From an uncultured Saprospiraceae bacterium (lineage in GTDB: Bacteria; Bacteroidota; Bacteroidia; Chitinophagales; Saprospiraceae): 61,568 bases of DNA. Under the pieces are notes generated by a model. That model worked only from the letters and a program-made list of their open reading frames with translations, was not told the origin of the DNA and searched no databases. The position numbers and the translations under genes were made by a program. Positions within the stretch are counted from its first letter, which is position 1. Each line of letters opens with the position of its first letter. The stretch spans positions 1 through 61,568 of the forward strand of contig CALLVC010000099.1 of the NCBI GenBank assembly GCA_938010785.1. Reading direction: 5' to 3'. This document shows, piece after piece, positions 53,015 through 61,568 of this stretch.

Positions 53015-53121
53015 AAAATAAAGGGAGAATAGTTAGAGAAATAAAATAAATATTACCTTTAGCCAATTATAAAATATTAAAAGATAGTTGTTTGTAAAGG
53101 AATGGTAAGCTCTTAATTCAT

Positions 53122-53329
53122 GGTCGTCAGGAGACGAACAGATAGCAATTTCCAGTCTGGAGACCATAGCCGTCAGGCTAAAGAAAGAGATACGCTGAAA
53201 GTATCGCTTTCTAGGCTCCCCTAGCAGGAGATACTTTCAAAGTATCTCCTGCTTTTCGGTCAATAATCCCTTAGCCTGACGGCCTTGGCCTCCAGATTGG
53301 AACCGAATATCCGCTGGTCTCCAGACCAG
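53122..53329. repeat. Nested palindrome cluster (family 4) between tsaC and glgA
   Basis: 13-bp perfect IR GCCGTCAGGCTAA (53169-53181) / TTAGCCTGACGGC (53271-53283). Outer imperfect IR 53152-53165 / 53287-53300. Central 29-nt palindrome GCAGGAGATACTTTCAAAGTATCTCCTGC at 53224-53252. CTGGTCTCCAGACCAG at 53314-53329. Confidence 0.9.
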
Positions 53330-53373
53330 CATTAAGCACTTACAAAACTTATAACCAAAACACCTCCAAATTT

Positions 53374-54813
53374 ATGAAAGTCCTTCACATAAGTGCAGAA
53401 TGTTACCCCGCTGCTAAAGCCGGTGGTTTAGGAGACGTAGCAGGTGCACTACCAAAGTATTTAACCACAGCAGATTGTCCTGCTACCGTTATTATTCCAA
53501 AATATCACACAAAATGGATAACGACCCAAGAATGGGAAGAGGTATATAAGAGTAGCTTTGAATTAGGGTCAACGCCCATTTCTTTTAGTATACAAAAATT
53601 AATAAATGGAGAATTGGGGTTTCCACTTTATGTAGCAGATATTCCAGGCAAATACGACCGACCTAGCGTTTATTTAGATGAAAATGGAAAGGGTTTTAAA
53701 GATGAAGTGGAACGGAGTTTGTGTTTTCAGCAAGCCACCTTACATTGGGTAAACCAATTAAATGAACTGCCACAAGTAATTCATTGCCACGACCATCATA
53801 CAGGCTTAGTACCTTTTATGATGAAGCACTGCCCGATTTATAATCGTTTGGAGAATATCCCTTCTGTTTTTACCATTCATAATGCAGAATATCATGGTAC
53901 TTTTGGTTGGGAAAAAGTGCAAAATTTACCTTTGTTCGATGGAAGAGTAGGAGGTTTATTGGATTGGGATAGAGCGATTAATCCCTTAGCGGCGGCAATT
54001 AAATGTGCTTGGAAATTAACAACCGTTTCTCCGACCTATATGAACGAATTGCAGTTAAGCTCAGGTAATTTATCACCTTTATTAAAGCAAGAATATACAA
54101 AGTCTGTCGGGATACTCAATGGCATTGACGCGCAAGTATGGAATCCCCAAACAGACCACTTGATTGCAGAAAATTTAAAGCGAAGTTTTAAAACGTTTAA
54201 AGAAAAAAATAGACAAGCATTAACAGCTAAATTTACGATTCCTAATAAATTACCGTTGATTACTTTCATAGGTAGACTAGCAGGAGAAAAAGGAGCGGGT
54301 TTATTGGCACCCATGATTGAGCGATTTATAGCAGAAGGTAATAAAGCAGCTTTTATCATTCTAGGAACAGGAGAACCCCAAATACATTCACAATTAAAGC
54401 AATTAGAACAAAGTTACCCCGAAGCAGTCAATGTAGCTTTAGAATATAATGAACAGTTAGCTCATCAATTGTATGCGGGTTCAGATTTTTTAATAATGCC
54501 CTCAAAAGTAGAACCTTGTGGACTCAATCAGATGTATGCCATGCGATATGGGACGATACCAGTGGTGAGAGCAGTAGGAGGCTTAAAAGATACGGTTATT
54601 GATATCGCATCAAGTAATGGTAGAGGCATCCAATTTACTCATTTAAATGTAGCCGACGGAGTTGTAGCTCTGGAACGAGCGGCTGCATTGTATCAAACGA
54701 AAAAAACTTTTGAAGCTGTTAGAACAAGTATTACCAAGGTAGATTTTTCTTGGGAAAATTCTGCCCAACAGTATATTGATTTGTATGATTCACTGATTGC
54801 TATGGCAAATTAG
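53374..54813 (+). CDS. glgA: Glycogen/starch synthase (GT5)
   Basis: 479-aa ORF. N-terminal MKVLHISAECYPAAKAGGLGDV, plus the C-terminal PSKVEPCGLNQMYAMRYGTIPVVRAVGGLKDTV motif. Confidence 0.9.
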   Translation: MKVLHISAECYPAAKAGGLGDVAGALPKYLTTADCPATVIIPKYHTKWITTQEWEEVYKSSFELGSTPISFSIQKLINGELGFPLYVADIPGKYDRPSVYLDENGKGFKDEVERSLCFQQATLHWVNQLNELPQVIHCHDHHTGLVPFMMKHCPIYNRLENIPSVFTIHNAEYHGTFGWEKVQNLPLFDGRVGGLLDWDRAINPLAAAIKCAWKLTTVSPTYMNELQLSSGNLSPLLKQEYTKSVGILNGIDAQVWNPQTDHLIAENLKRSFKTFKEKNRQALTAKFTIPNKLPLITFIGRLAGEKGAGLLAPMIERFIAEGNKAAFIILGTGEPQIHSQLKQLEQSYPEAVNVALEYNEQLAHQLYAGSDFLIMPSKVEPCGLNQMYAMRYGTIPVVRAVGGLKDTVIDIASSNGRGIQFTHLNVADGVVALERAAALYQTKKTFEAVRTSITKVDFSWENSAQQYIDLYDSLIAMAN

Positions 54814-54835
54814 TAGCCCTAATCCATTAAATAAA

Positions 54836-55726
54836 CTACTCAAATCTTTTCAAATCCGTTCGTTCAAATCGCCATTCAGGGGTAATCAAATCACCAAAAA
54901 ATTGATTAGAATACCAAGGTCCAAAAGTTTCATTCATGGGGTTTTGCAGAATTTGAATATCTTGGGCGGGCATATAGCTTTGCGCCAATAAAAACAATTG
55001 TTTGCCTGATGTTGGGTTGATGGCCATATCGACGACTATGATGGCATGTCCAGGACTCCCGCCTTGAATAAAAATATCTCCAATTTTCATAGTTTCAAAT
55101 GCTACTTTAGGTAATTCTTTAGACAAAGAAAGGGTACCTGCATAAGCAAAAATTAAATTCATATAAGCTCTGAAATCTTTATAAGAAGTAGCAGATTCCC
55201 TAGCCTTATACCAAGTGGTCTGGTTGCCTTTAATACGAATTTTATATCCCTGTCTCCATTTACTATAATCGACTCGGAAACCATTCGTGAAATTAAAATG
55301 AATGTCTTCATAGGCTCCTTTTTGCCATAAATATTCCGCTCGCAGTCGCATAATAGCATCCGCACATTGTTGCAAATCTCGGTTGCCAATATCCATATCT
55401 ACCACACCAGCATAGACACCATGATTCTCTTTAATGGCACCGTTATAATATTTTACTTTTGTACCTACAGGCCGAAGCGGTAAATGGCGTAAGTAATGCG
55501 CAAAAGAGTTTTCTGCTGTTGCTACACGTTGAAACCCATCGGGTAATTGAAACCGAGTAGCTATATTTTTGCCATTGGTATTGATTAAGGTTTGGTGATT
55601 TTTTTCGATGGTTGGTATTTGAGCCAAGACAGTTGACGGAACTGTTTTTATAGGAGCGTCTTCCGCTTTAAAAGCAATGGCAAAAAGTACAAAAAATAAC
55701 CATAGAGGCCAGTTGGGAAAGTTCAT
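54836..55726 (-). CDS. Secreted hypothetical protein (possibly DUF4846 family)
   Basis: 296-aa ORF with a signal peptide (WPLWLFFVLFAIAFKA). The GDIFIQGGSPGHAIIVVDMA segment is recalled from DUF4846 proteins; the assignment is tentative. Confidence 0.55.
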   Translation of the reverse strand: MNFPNWPLWLFFVLFAIAFKAEDAPIKTVPSTVLAQIPTIEKNHQTLINTNGKNIATRFQLPDGFQRVATAENSFAHYLRHLPLRPVGTKVKYYNGAIKENHGVYAGVVDMDIGNRDLQQCADAIMRLRAEYLWQKGAYEDIHFNFTNGFRVDYSKWRQGYKIRIKGNQTTWYKARESATSYKDFRAYMNLIFAYAGTLSLSKELPKVAFETMKIGDIFIQGGSPGHAIIVVDMAINPTSGKQLFLLAQSYMPAQDIQILQNPMNETFGPWYSNQFFGDLITPEWRFERTDLKRFE

Positions 55727-55779
55727 ATTTTTTAGTTTTTAATTAGGCGTGTACGAAGTTTTGATAATAGTCCGTTTCC

Positions 55780-55950
55780 AACCCATCCCTAGCCAGCCAC
55801 CCATCCTTGCGGTTCAGAAGCTTACACTTCTTCATCTTGAAAAGGAAGGGGACTATTTTTTCGGTAAATTGGAGAACTTATCGATTTTTAGCACAAAATT
55901 TAGGGTTTAACGACTCCCTTCCCTCAGGAGGGAAGGGTTGGGGATGGGTT
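55780..55950. repeat. Nested-hairpin element, family 1, copy B (171 bp, with ~60-bp internal insertion)
   Basis: 10-bp perfect termini AACCCATCCC / GGGATGGGTT. About 80% identical by eye to the reverse complement of 33276-33399 over AACCCA..CCAGCCACCCATCCTT.CGGTTCA...CATCTT.AAAAGGAAGGGGACT and GACTCCC.TCC...GGGA.GGG..GGGG.TGGGTT. Confidence 0.85.
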
Positions 55951-56141
55951 AAAAAGGGAAATTTCAAAACTTTGTATAACTCTAGTTTTTAATTTTGGAT
56001 ACTAGATTAACGATAGGCATCCTTAGTTTCATATGAGGTAACAGTAGAAGGTGAAGGGAAATAGGAAAAAAGAGTAGTGAAGGTGGCAAAGCCCTTGAAA
56101 TTATTTACTTTTGTTCCAATACATTGATTTTTATTCTAAAA

Positions 56142-56768
56142 ATGGAGGAAAAGAAAATGCTAAAACAAACAACTTTAAAAAAGATAAATAACTGGATAAC
56201 AGAAGGCTTTGAAAAACGGAACGAAGAAGATTCGAAGGCCTGTTGTGATTATTTTATCAAAGCATGGGAAGCATTGCACGAAAACGCACCTGAATCCTAC
56301 CAAGATTTTACGCTTTTAATAGAAAAATACAACCAAGGAGCAGAAGACTATGATTGGGGTGGTTGGATATGGGAAGTAGGAGAAGAGTTAGGCGTTGCCG
56401 GAAAAGCACATCCTGAATGTATGGAACACCGCATCGAGTTCATCGAGTCCTTTAAAGCTCGGTTTCCAGAAACATCTGATGAAGAACTAATGGAATATTT
56501 ACAGCGGACTTTGATTAAAACTAATTTTCTGATAGGTAAAGATGAAGCAGGGGAACAAGCCGTCAAAGATTTTTATGAAAAAATTGATTACTCTGTTTGG
56601 GGCTACATCGAATGGGCAGATGCGCTGATTAAAAGAGAAGAAAAACCAGTTAAGGCAGTTTATGAAAATGCGCTGGCTATTTATAAAAAAGGTTTAGGTT
56701 TGGACGATGACCCTGAATTTTTGGATACGTTAAAAGCACGGATTAAGAAAGCAGAGAAAATGGTTTGA
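56142..56768 (+). CDS. Cytoplasmic helical hypothetical protein
   Basis: The ORF track starts at TTG 56124; ATG 56142 gives MEEKKMLKQ.... Acidic, helical, with no signal peptide and no recognised motifs. Confidence 0.6.
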   Translation: MEEKKMLKQTTLKKINNWITEGFEKRNEEDSKACCDYFIKAWEALHENAPESYQDFTLLIEKYNQGAEDYDWGGWIWEVGEELGVAGKAHPECMEHRIEFIESFKARFPETSDEELMEYLQRTLIKTNFLIGKDEAGEQAVKDFYEKIDYSVWGYIEWADALIKREEKPVKAVYENALAIYKKGLGLDDDPEFLDTLKARIKKAEKMV

Positions 56769-56818
56769 GGCAAAAACTAATCGTAATTAATCCAAGTTGC
56801 GGAGCATTGGAATAAACT

Positions 56819-56922
56819 GGTAGTAAAGCCTTCAGGCTTTCCTGTCCAAGGCCTTTAGGCCTCTAAAACTTAATAAATCGACCTAAAGGTCGGTGACGGG
56901 AAAGCCTAAAGGCTTTGCTACC
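56819..56922. repeat. 104-bp nested-hairpin element, family 2, copy B
   Basis: GGTAGTAAAGCCTTCAGGCTTTCC ... GGGAAAGCCTAAAGGCTTTGCTACC, with internal GGCCTTTAGGCC and GACCTAAAGGTC. Same architecture as 45978-46082. Confidence 0.9.
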
Positions 56923-57022
56923 TGTTGTCCGCAATTTAGATTAATTAATAGAATTAAATTTTAAATCAAAAGGCACAAGAGCTAAATTTATAGATGCTTT
57001 TGTGCCTTTTTATTTTTGTGAA

Positions 57023-58447
57023 ATGACAAAACGAAAGAACCCAATAGCCCTCTCCAAAAGAAAAATGCGCCGAATCGGCTACAAAGTAATTGACACCATA
57101 GTCGAGCATCTAACGGACATGGAAGACTTAAAAATCCATGCACAAAAATCTCCCCAGTATTTAAATGAAAAACTAGGCGGTACCATTCCCAACAAAGGTC
57201 AAAATCCGCTCCATTTAATTGACCAAGCCAAACAAGAAGTCTTTGCCAATATCTTGCACGTAGACCATCCTAGATTTTACGCTTTTATCCCATCTCCAGG
57301 AAATTTTATGGGCGTCATGGCGGATACTTTAGCCAAGGGATTTAATGTGTTCAATGGACATTGGTTGGCAGGGTCAGGGTCAGCGGCTATAGAGCGAATT
57401 ACAGTAGATTGGTTGAAGGATATTTGTAGATTTCCTAAAAAAGGAGGTGGCCTTTTTTTGAGTGGAGGTTCTATGGCGAATTTATCTGCTATTGCGACAG
57501 CTCGAAAAATTAAATTAAAAGACGAAGGCAAAAGAGGCGTGGTCTATTATTCCAATCAAACGCATTCTTCTTTAGCAAAAGGACTAAAAGTATTAGGCAT
57601 TGGTGAAAAATATCGTCGTCCTTTACCGACTGACCAAGATTTGAGAATCGATATCAAAGCCTTAGAAAAAGCGATTAAGCGAGACTTGAAAAGAGGATTA
57701 CGGCCATTTTGCATAGTCGGCAATGCTGGCACAACCAATGCAGGTGCGGTAGACCCACTTGAAAAAATGGCAAAAATTGCAGAAAAATACAATTGTTGGC
57801 TACACATTGACGGAGCATATGGCGCAGCAGCGATGCTCACTAAAACAGGTCGAAAAGCCTTGAAAGGAATTGAGATGGGGGACTCTTTGACGCTCGACCC
57901 GCACAAATGGTGGTTTCAACCAATGGAAATGGGCTGCTTGTTAGTCAAAGACGCCAATCATTTAAAAACAACTTTCCAAGTCTCTGCGGAATATTTAGAA
58001 GATACCAAAGCCAAAGGCTTAGAAGAAATTAATTATTACGACCACGGGATTCAACTAACCCGTTCTTTTCGAGCTTTAAAATTATACCTGTCTTTAAAAA
58101 CCTTTGGCTTAAAAGCGTTTAAAAAAGCCATACAGAAAGGAATGGACATGGCGGACTATACAGAAAAGTTGTTGCGCAAAGAAGCAGATTGGAAAATTAT
58201 CACTCCTGCTCAATTAGGTATTCTAAATTTCATTTATGCGCCCAAAGGAGCGAGTCGTTCAGCCATAGATACTTATTCAAAAGAGATTGCCGAGAAAGTA
58301 ATGCACGATGGATTTGCCATGATAACGACGACTAAGATTGACGATTTGACGGTATTACGTATGTGTCCAATCCATCCAGGTCTAATGAAATCAGATATTA
58401 AAGAGACGATTAAAAAACTAAAGCAATTCGCAAGAGAAGTGGGGTAG
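57023..58447 (+). CDS. PLP-dependent group II decarboxylase (aromatic amino acid / glutamate decarboxylase-like)
   Basis: The ORF track starts at GTG 57002; ATG 57023 is likely. GGSMANL, HIDGAYG and the lysine motif SLTLDPHKWWFQP are typical of Pyridoxal_deC. Confidence 0.85.
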   Translation: MTKRKNPIALSKRKMRRIGYKVIDTIVEHLTDMEDLKIHAQKSPQYLNEKLGGTIPNKGQNPLHLIDQAKQEVFANILHVDHPRFYAFIPSPGNFMGVMADTLAKGFNVFNGHWLAGSGSAAIERITVDWLKDICRFPKKGGGLFLSGGSMANLSAIATARKIKLKDEGKRGVVYYSNQTHSSLAKGLKVLGIGEKYRRPLPTDQDLRIDIKALEKAIKRDLKRGLRPFCIVGNAGTTNAGAVDPLEKMAKIAEKYNCWLHIDGAYGAAAMLTKTGRKALKGIEMGDSLTLDPHKWWFQPMEMGCLLVKDANHLKTTFQVSAEYLEDTKAKGLEEINYYDHGIQLTRSFRALKLYLSLKTFGLKAFKKAIQKGMDMADYTEKLLRKEADWKIITPAQLGILNFIYAPKGASRSAIDTYSKEIAEKVMHDGFAMITTTKIDDLTVLRMCPIHPGLMKSDIKETIKKLKQFAREVG

Positions 58448-58823
58448 CGGAGGGCGAAGGGCTTGGGGCAAAGAGTTGAAACCGTCTATAGAGAAAATCC
58501 ATAGCTCTCCCACCCACAATTGATTCACAAACGATGTTTGTTCATGCCCAATCCGTCAAAATTCGAGGTCAATACTCCTAGCTAAGCAGACCTCATAGAA
58601 CAATGGTATTTAGAGCATACTTTTATTGTGTTCCCAATCCAATACTAAATAATTTCAATTTTTTAAATTTTAAGGGTAACCTTTTCATTCTTATGATATA
58701 AATAGGTGTAATAGGAAATAATCAATTTCCAAAAACTATAACTCATTTATAAAAAATAAAGCATGAAAGATTACAAATACAATGACCTGATTTTTGATTT
58801 ATTAAATCGTTAATATTTATTTT

Positions 58824-58921
58824 AACTGCCAACTGCCAACTGCCAACTGCCAACTGCCAACTGCCAACTGCCAACTGCCAACTGCCAACTGCCAACTGCC
58901 AACTGCCAACTGCCAACTGCC
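58824..58921. repeat. Perfect heptanucleotide microsatellite (AACTGCC) x14
   Basis: 14 uninterrupted 7-nt units counted from 58824 to 58921, within a 950-bp intergenic region. Confidence 0.98.
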
Positions 58922-59202
58922 CCAATTGACGCATAATAGCGTATATCTATATAGTTTGAAAAAAGATATTAGTGTATAAAATATTCTTTGTTTGTTTGCA
59001 GCTATATACTCGAAATGGCTGAAAATAATTTTTTTTAAAATAAATCTTTCCTCAATAGGCTACTACTAAAATCACTTGCATTGCTCTTTAAATAACTGAA
59101 AATTAATTAGTTGTAACAACTAATAGGTTGATTTTTATGGACTGATTGAACATTTTTTGGATAGATGTTGAATTAAAAAATAAAAAAAATTCAAAAAGGA
59201 TA

Positions 59203-59210
59203 GGGGGGGG
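59203..59210. repeat. Homopolymeric G8 tract in an AT-rich intergenic region
   Basis: TAGGGGGGGGCATT. It lies 188 nt upstream of ATG 59398. Confidence 0.95.
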
Positions 59211-59397
59211 CATTTCTTTCTTCGTCTTCACAGTGCATAAGGAACAAAAATTAATTAATAATAAATTTATTGCGCAACAACTACCTTCCTTTAAACCTTT
59301 TTCTTAACCGAGGTAATACTAAAAACTTTCAAATTAAAAACACGCAAAAAAAAGCAGTCGGGTTTTAATTTTAGTATTACAAAACAACATTTTAAAA

Positions 59398-61326
59398 ATG
59401 AATATTTTAAAAAGATTTTTCGTATTGGCCTTAGTGGCATTAGCAATGGTAGCTTGTAACAAAGACCAAGAGTTAACCTCAAAAAACACAGAGAGTTCCA
59501 CCGTAAAAACTGACCAAACTGTTTTTGATAACAGTACTACTAGAAAAAGAGCTTGTTCCTCTGAAGCACACATGGAACATTTATTACAGGACGCAGAATA
59601 TAAGAGCGCATACGACGAAAGAAATGCAAGATTTGAGCGACAATTGAGAACAAATGTAGCAGAAAGCAGAGCATTATGTAGCAACCCAACCGTATTACCC
59701 GTAGCGGTTCACTATCAAGGGACTACAGCAGATAGAGCTTGTTTGGTAGCCTTAGCACAAACACAAATCGACATCTTAAATGCGGACATTCAAGGAACGA
59801 ATGCAGACATTGTTCAATGGACAAATAATGCTTCTGCTACTTTTCCAGGAGTTAGTTTTGGAGAAGCCTGTATAGAATTTTGTTTAGCTTCCAAAAACCA
59901 CCCTTCAGGCTTTAGTTTGAGCGATGGAGATGCAGCAGTTACGATTAATCAAACAAATGGAGACCAATCTAATGCTTGGTCGGGATACATCAATATTTTT
60001 GTGAATGACGCGGACGGCGCGTTAGGCTATTCGCCACTAGGCGGAAGCGGAAACGGAGATGGTGTAGTCATTAACCGAGATGCTTTTGGAGCGGGCAATG
60101 GATGTGCAGGTGTAAGTCCTCAATCTCCTTATGATTTGGGAAGAACATTAACACACGAAATTGGACACTACCTAAACCTAGACCACATTTGGGGGGGAGG
60201 TTGTAACCAAGATGATGGTATCGCGGATACACCAAGTCAAGGTTCTGATAATGCAGGTTGCCCAAATATCGGTATTACTTCTTGTGGTACACCAGATTTA
60301 CACATGAATTACATGGATTATACCAATGACGCTTGTATGTATATGTTTACAGCTGGACAAGCAGGGGTAATGGAAAGTTGGATAAGTGCTAATTTAAGTT
60401 TGAAAACAGCATCGACTGTTTGTGGTGAGATAACTGACAATAGTGGTGGAACTGACGGTGGCGACGGAACAGATGACGGTGGCGACAATGGTGGTGGAAC
60501 TGACGGTGGCGACGGAACAGATGGCGGTGGTGACAATGGTGGTGGAACTGACGGTGGTGACGGAACAGATGACGGTGGTGACAACGGTGGCGACACAGGC
60601 GATGCTTGTACTGCTCCAACTAGTAGTTCTGTCGTACAAATCAATGCAACCGATATTCGAGTTGACTGGGAAGATATTACAGATGCTATCCGGTATCAAA
60701 TCCAATACCGACCACAAGGAGGTGCTTGGACTAGAAAAGCAGGAACAAACTCTCAAAAGCGTATCAACGATTTAATAGAAGGAACAACCTACGAATACCG
60801 TATCAGAACAAGATGTGCAGATAATACTTGGACAAGTTACTCTAGCATTTCTGCTTATACGCTTCCTGGTGGTGGTGATAATGGCGGCGGAGACAATGGA
60901 GATGGAGACAATGAGAGCACTAGTCGAGTACAAATCCAAGTGACTTTAGATGATTTCGGTTCAGAAACAAGTTTTGCTATCGAAGATGGAAATGGAAATG
61001 TAGTTAAGTCTTGGGGAACATTTGCAGATGGACAAAATGGAACGAAAAAGACTAGAAACATTGATTTGCCAACAGGTGTCTACACATTTGTTATCTTCGA
61101 TGAATATGGAGATGGAATCTGCTGCGATTGGGGAGATGGTTCTTGGGTAGTGAAAGTTGACGGTTCGCCCATAGCTACTTCAGATGGACAATTTGGTTAC
61201 TGGGAAGAATTTGACTTTGCTATCGGAGGTGCTAGATTAAGTGGACCGGCCTCAAGAAAGGATGCTAAAGATTACGGCAAATTGATGAATACAGCAAAGT
61301 ATCAAAGCAAAACAACTGAAAAGTAA
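59398..61326 (+). CDS. Secreted M43 (pappalysin/cytophagalysin-like) zinc metalloprotease with Gly/Asp/Thr repeat linker, Fn3-like domain and C-terminal Cys-rich beta domain
   Basis: 642-aa ORF. Lipoprotein-like signal LALVALAMVAC. Zinc motif HEIGHYLNLDHIWGGGC with downstream Met-turn region MNYMDY. Fn3-like IRVDWEDITDAIRYQIQYRP...YEYRIRTRC. C-terminal FVIFDEYGDGICCDWGDG. Confidence 0.85.
   Translation: MNILKRFFVLALVALAMVACNKDQELTSKNTESSTVKTDQTVFDNSTTRKRACSSEAHMEHLLQDAEYKSAYDERNARFERQLRTNVAESRALCSNPTVLPVAVHYQGTTADRACLVALAQTQIDILNADIQGTNADIVQWTNNASATFPGVSFGEACIEFCLASKNHPSGFSLSDGDAAVTINQTNGDQSNAWSGYINIFVNDADGALGYSPLGGSGNGDGVVINRDAFGAGNGCAGVSPQSPYDLGRTLTHEIGHYLNLDHIWGGGCNQDDGIADTPSQGSDNAGCPNIGITSCGTPDLHMNYMDYTNDACMYMFTAGQAGVMESWISANLSLKTASTVCGEITDNSGGTDGGDGTDDGGDNGGGTDGGDGTDGGGDNGGGTDGGDGTDDGGDNGGDTGDACTAPTSSSVVQINATDIRVDWEDITDAIRYQIQYRPQGGAWTRKAGTNSQKRINDLIEGTTYEYRIRTRCADNTWTSYSSISAYTLPGGGDNGGGDNGDGDNESTSRVQIQVTLDDFGSETSFAIEDGNGNVVKSWGTFADGQNGTKKTRNIDLPTGVYTFVIFDEYGDGICCDWGDGSWVVKVDGSPIATSDGQFGYWEEFDFAIGGARLSGPASRKDAKDYGKLMNTAKYQSKTTEK
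60445..60588 (+). repeat. Three tandem 48-nt (16-aa GGTDGGDGTDDGGDNG) repeats inside the protease gene
   Basis: Units start at 60445, 60493 and 60541 and are near-identical at the nucleotide level. Confidence 0.95.
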
Positions 61327-61568
61327 GCTACTAAACAAAGTTCAAGTTCAAGAACCAAGTTCAAACTCAAACTTTAAGCCTTTATTCAGAGGGAATTTTT
61401 GAACTTGATACTTGAACTTGCACTTAAAAATTATTAAGTAATGCGGATTGATTAATCGGGTAAAATTTTTAGCTTGAATTTTTTCGATAGTTTTCGCCAA
61501 AAAATCAATGCATAGCACCCGCTACGGATTTATTTTTTGGTAAAAAATAGCGGAAAAAGGCTGCTAAA

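Noticed and set aside
58743-58934. 63-aa ORF reading QLAVGSW repeats
   Set aside because: It is simply the reverse-strand translation of the (AACTGCC)x14 microsatellite and has no independent coding evidence.
60318-60775. Four overlapping ORFs (108, 76, 120 and 110 aa) in alternative frames and strands of the protease gene
   Set aside because: They arise from the 48-nt Gly/Asp repeat region, which lacks stops in several frames. The main frame carries the HExxH protease and Fn3 motifs.

Overview
61.6-kb chromosomal window from a Bacteroidota genome, judged from a SusC/SusD pair, three T9SS-type C-terminal sorting domains, an ECF sigma/FecR pair, several TTG starts, and roughly 35-40% GC by eye. 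I call about 40 protein genes, one tRNA-Val(UAC) and two decayed gene remnants. I see no rRNA, no CRISPR array, and no transposase, integrase or phage structural genes.

Layout:
- Left third: a hybrid 7TMR-DISM histidine kinase, a glycosylasparaginase-like Ntn hydrolase, an M16 peptidase pair and a GNAT. Then an ECF-sigma/anti-sigma-controlled polysaccharide utilisation locus (STN-SusC, SusD, IPT/TIG lipoprotein, a 995-aa five-repeat T9SS protein, a CBM+GH10 xylanase) and an orphan TonB receptor.
- Centre: an AT-rich two-gene cassette (569-aa nuclease-like protein plus a 124-aa DUF6884-like protein) next to tRNA-Val. Then AsmA-like, DUF72, hemC, a TPR-CHAT protein, a decayed barrel gene, a YcaQ-type glycosylase and an amidohydrolase.
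- Right third: an AT-rich type II R-M cassette (HTH + C5-MTase + PD-ExK endonuclease) beside a TonB-receptor remnant. Then a YdeP-type molybdoenzyme, a 1.3-kb ORF-free repeat-rich region, Crp, truB, a Cys-motif lipoprotein, tsaC, glgA, a PLP decarboxylase and an M43 metalloprotease.

Best candidates for something undescribed:
1. The 26.5-28.7 kb cassette, as a possible defence module.
2. A pervasive set of modular, nested-hairpin intergenic repeat families built from shared short palindromic modules.
3. The five-fold Cys-motif repeat protein in the xylan PUL.
4. A (AACTGCC)x14 microsatellite plus a G8 tract upstream of the metalloprotease.

All domain calls come from motif recognition by eye; no database search was run.
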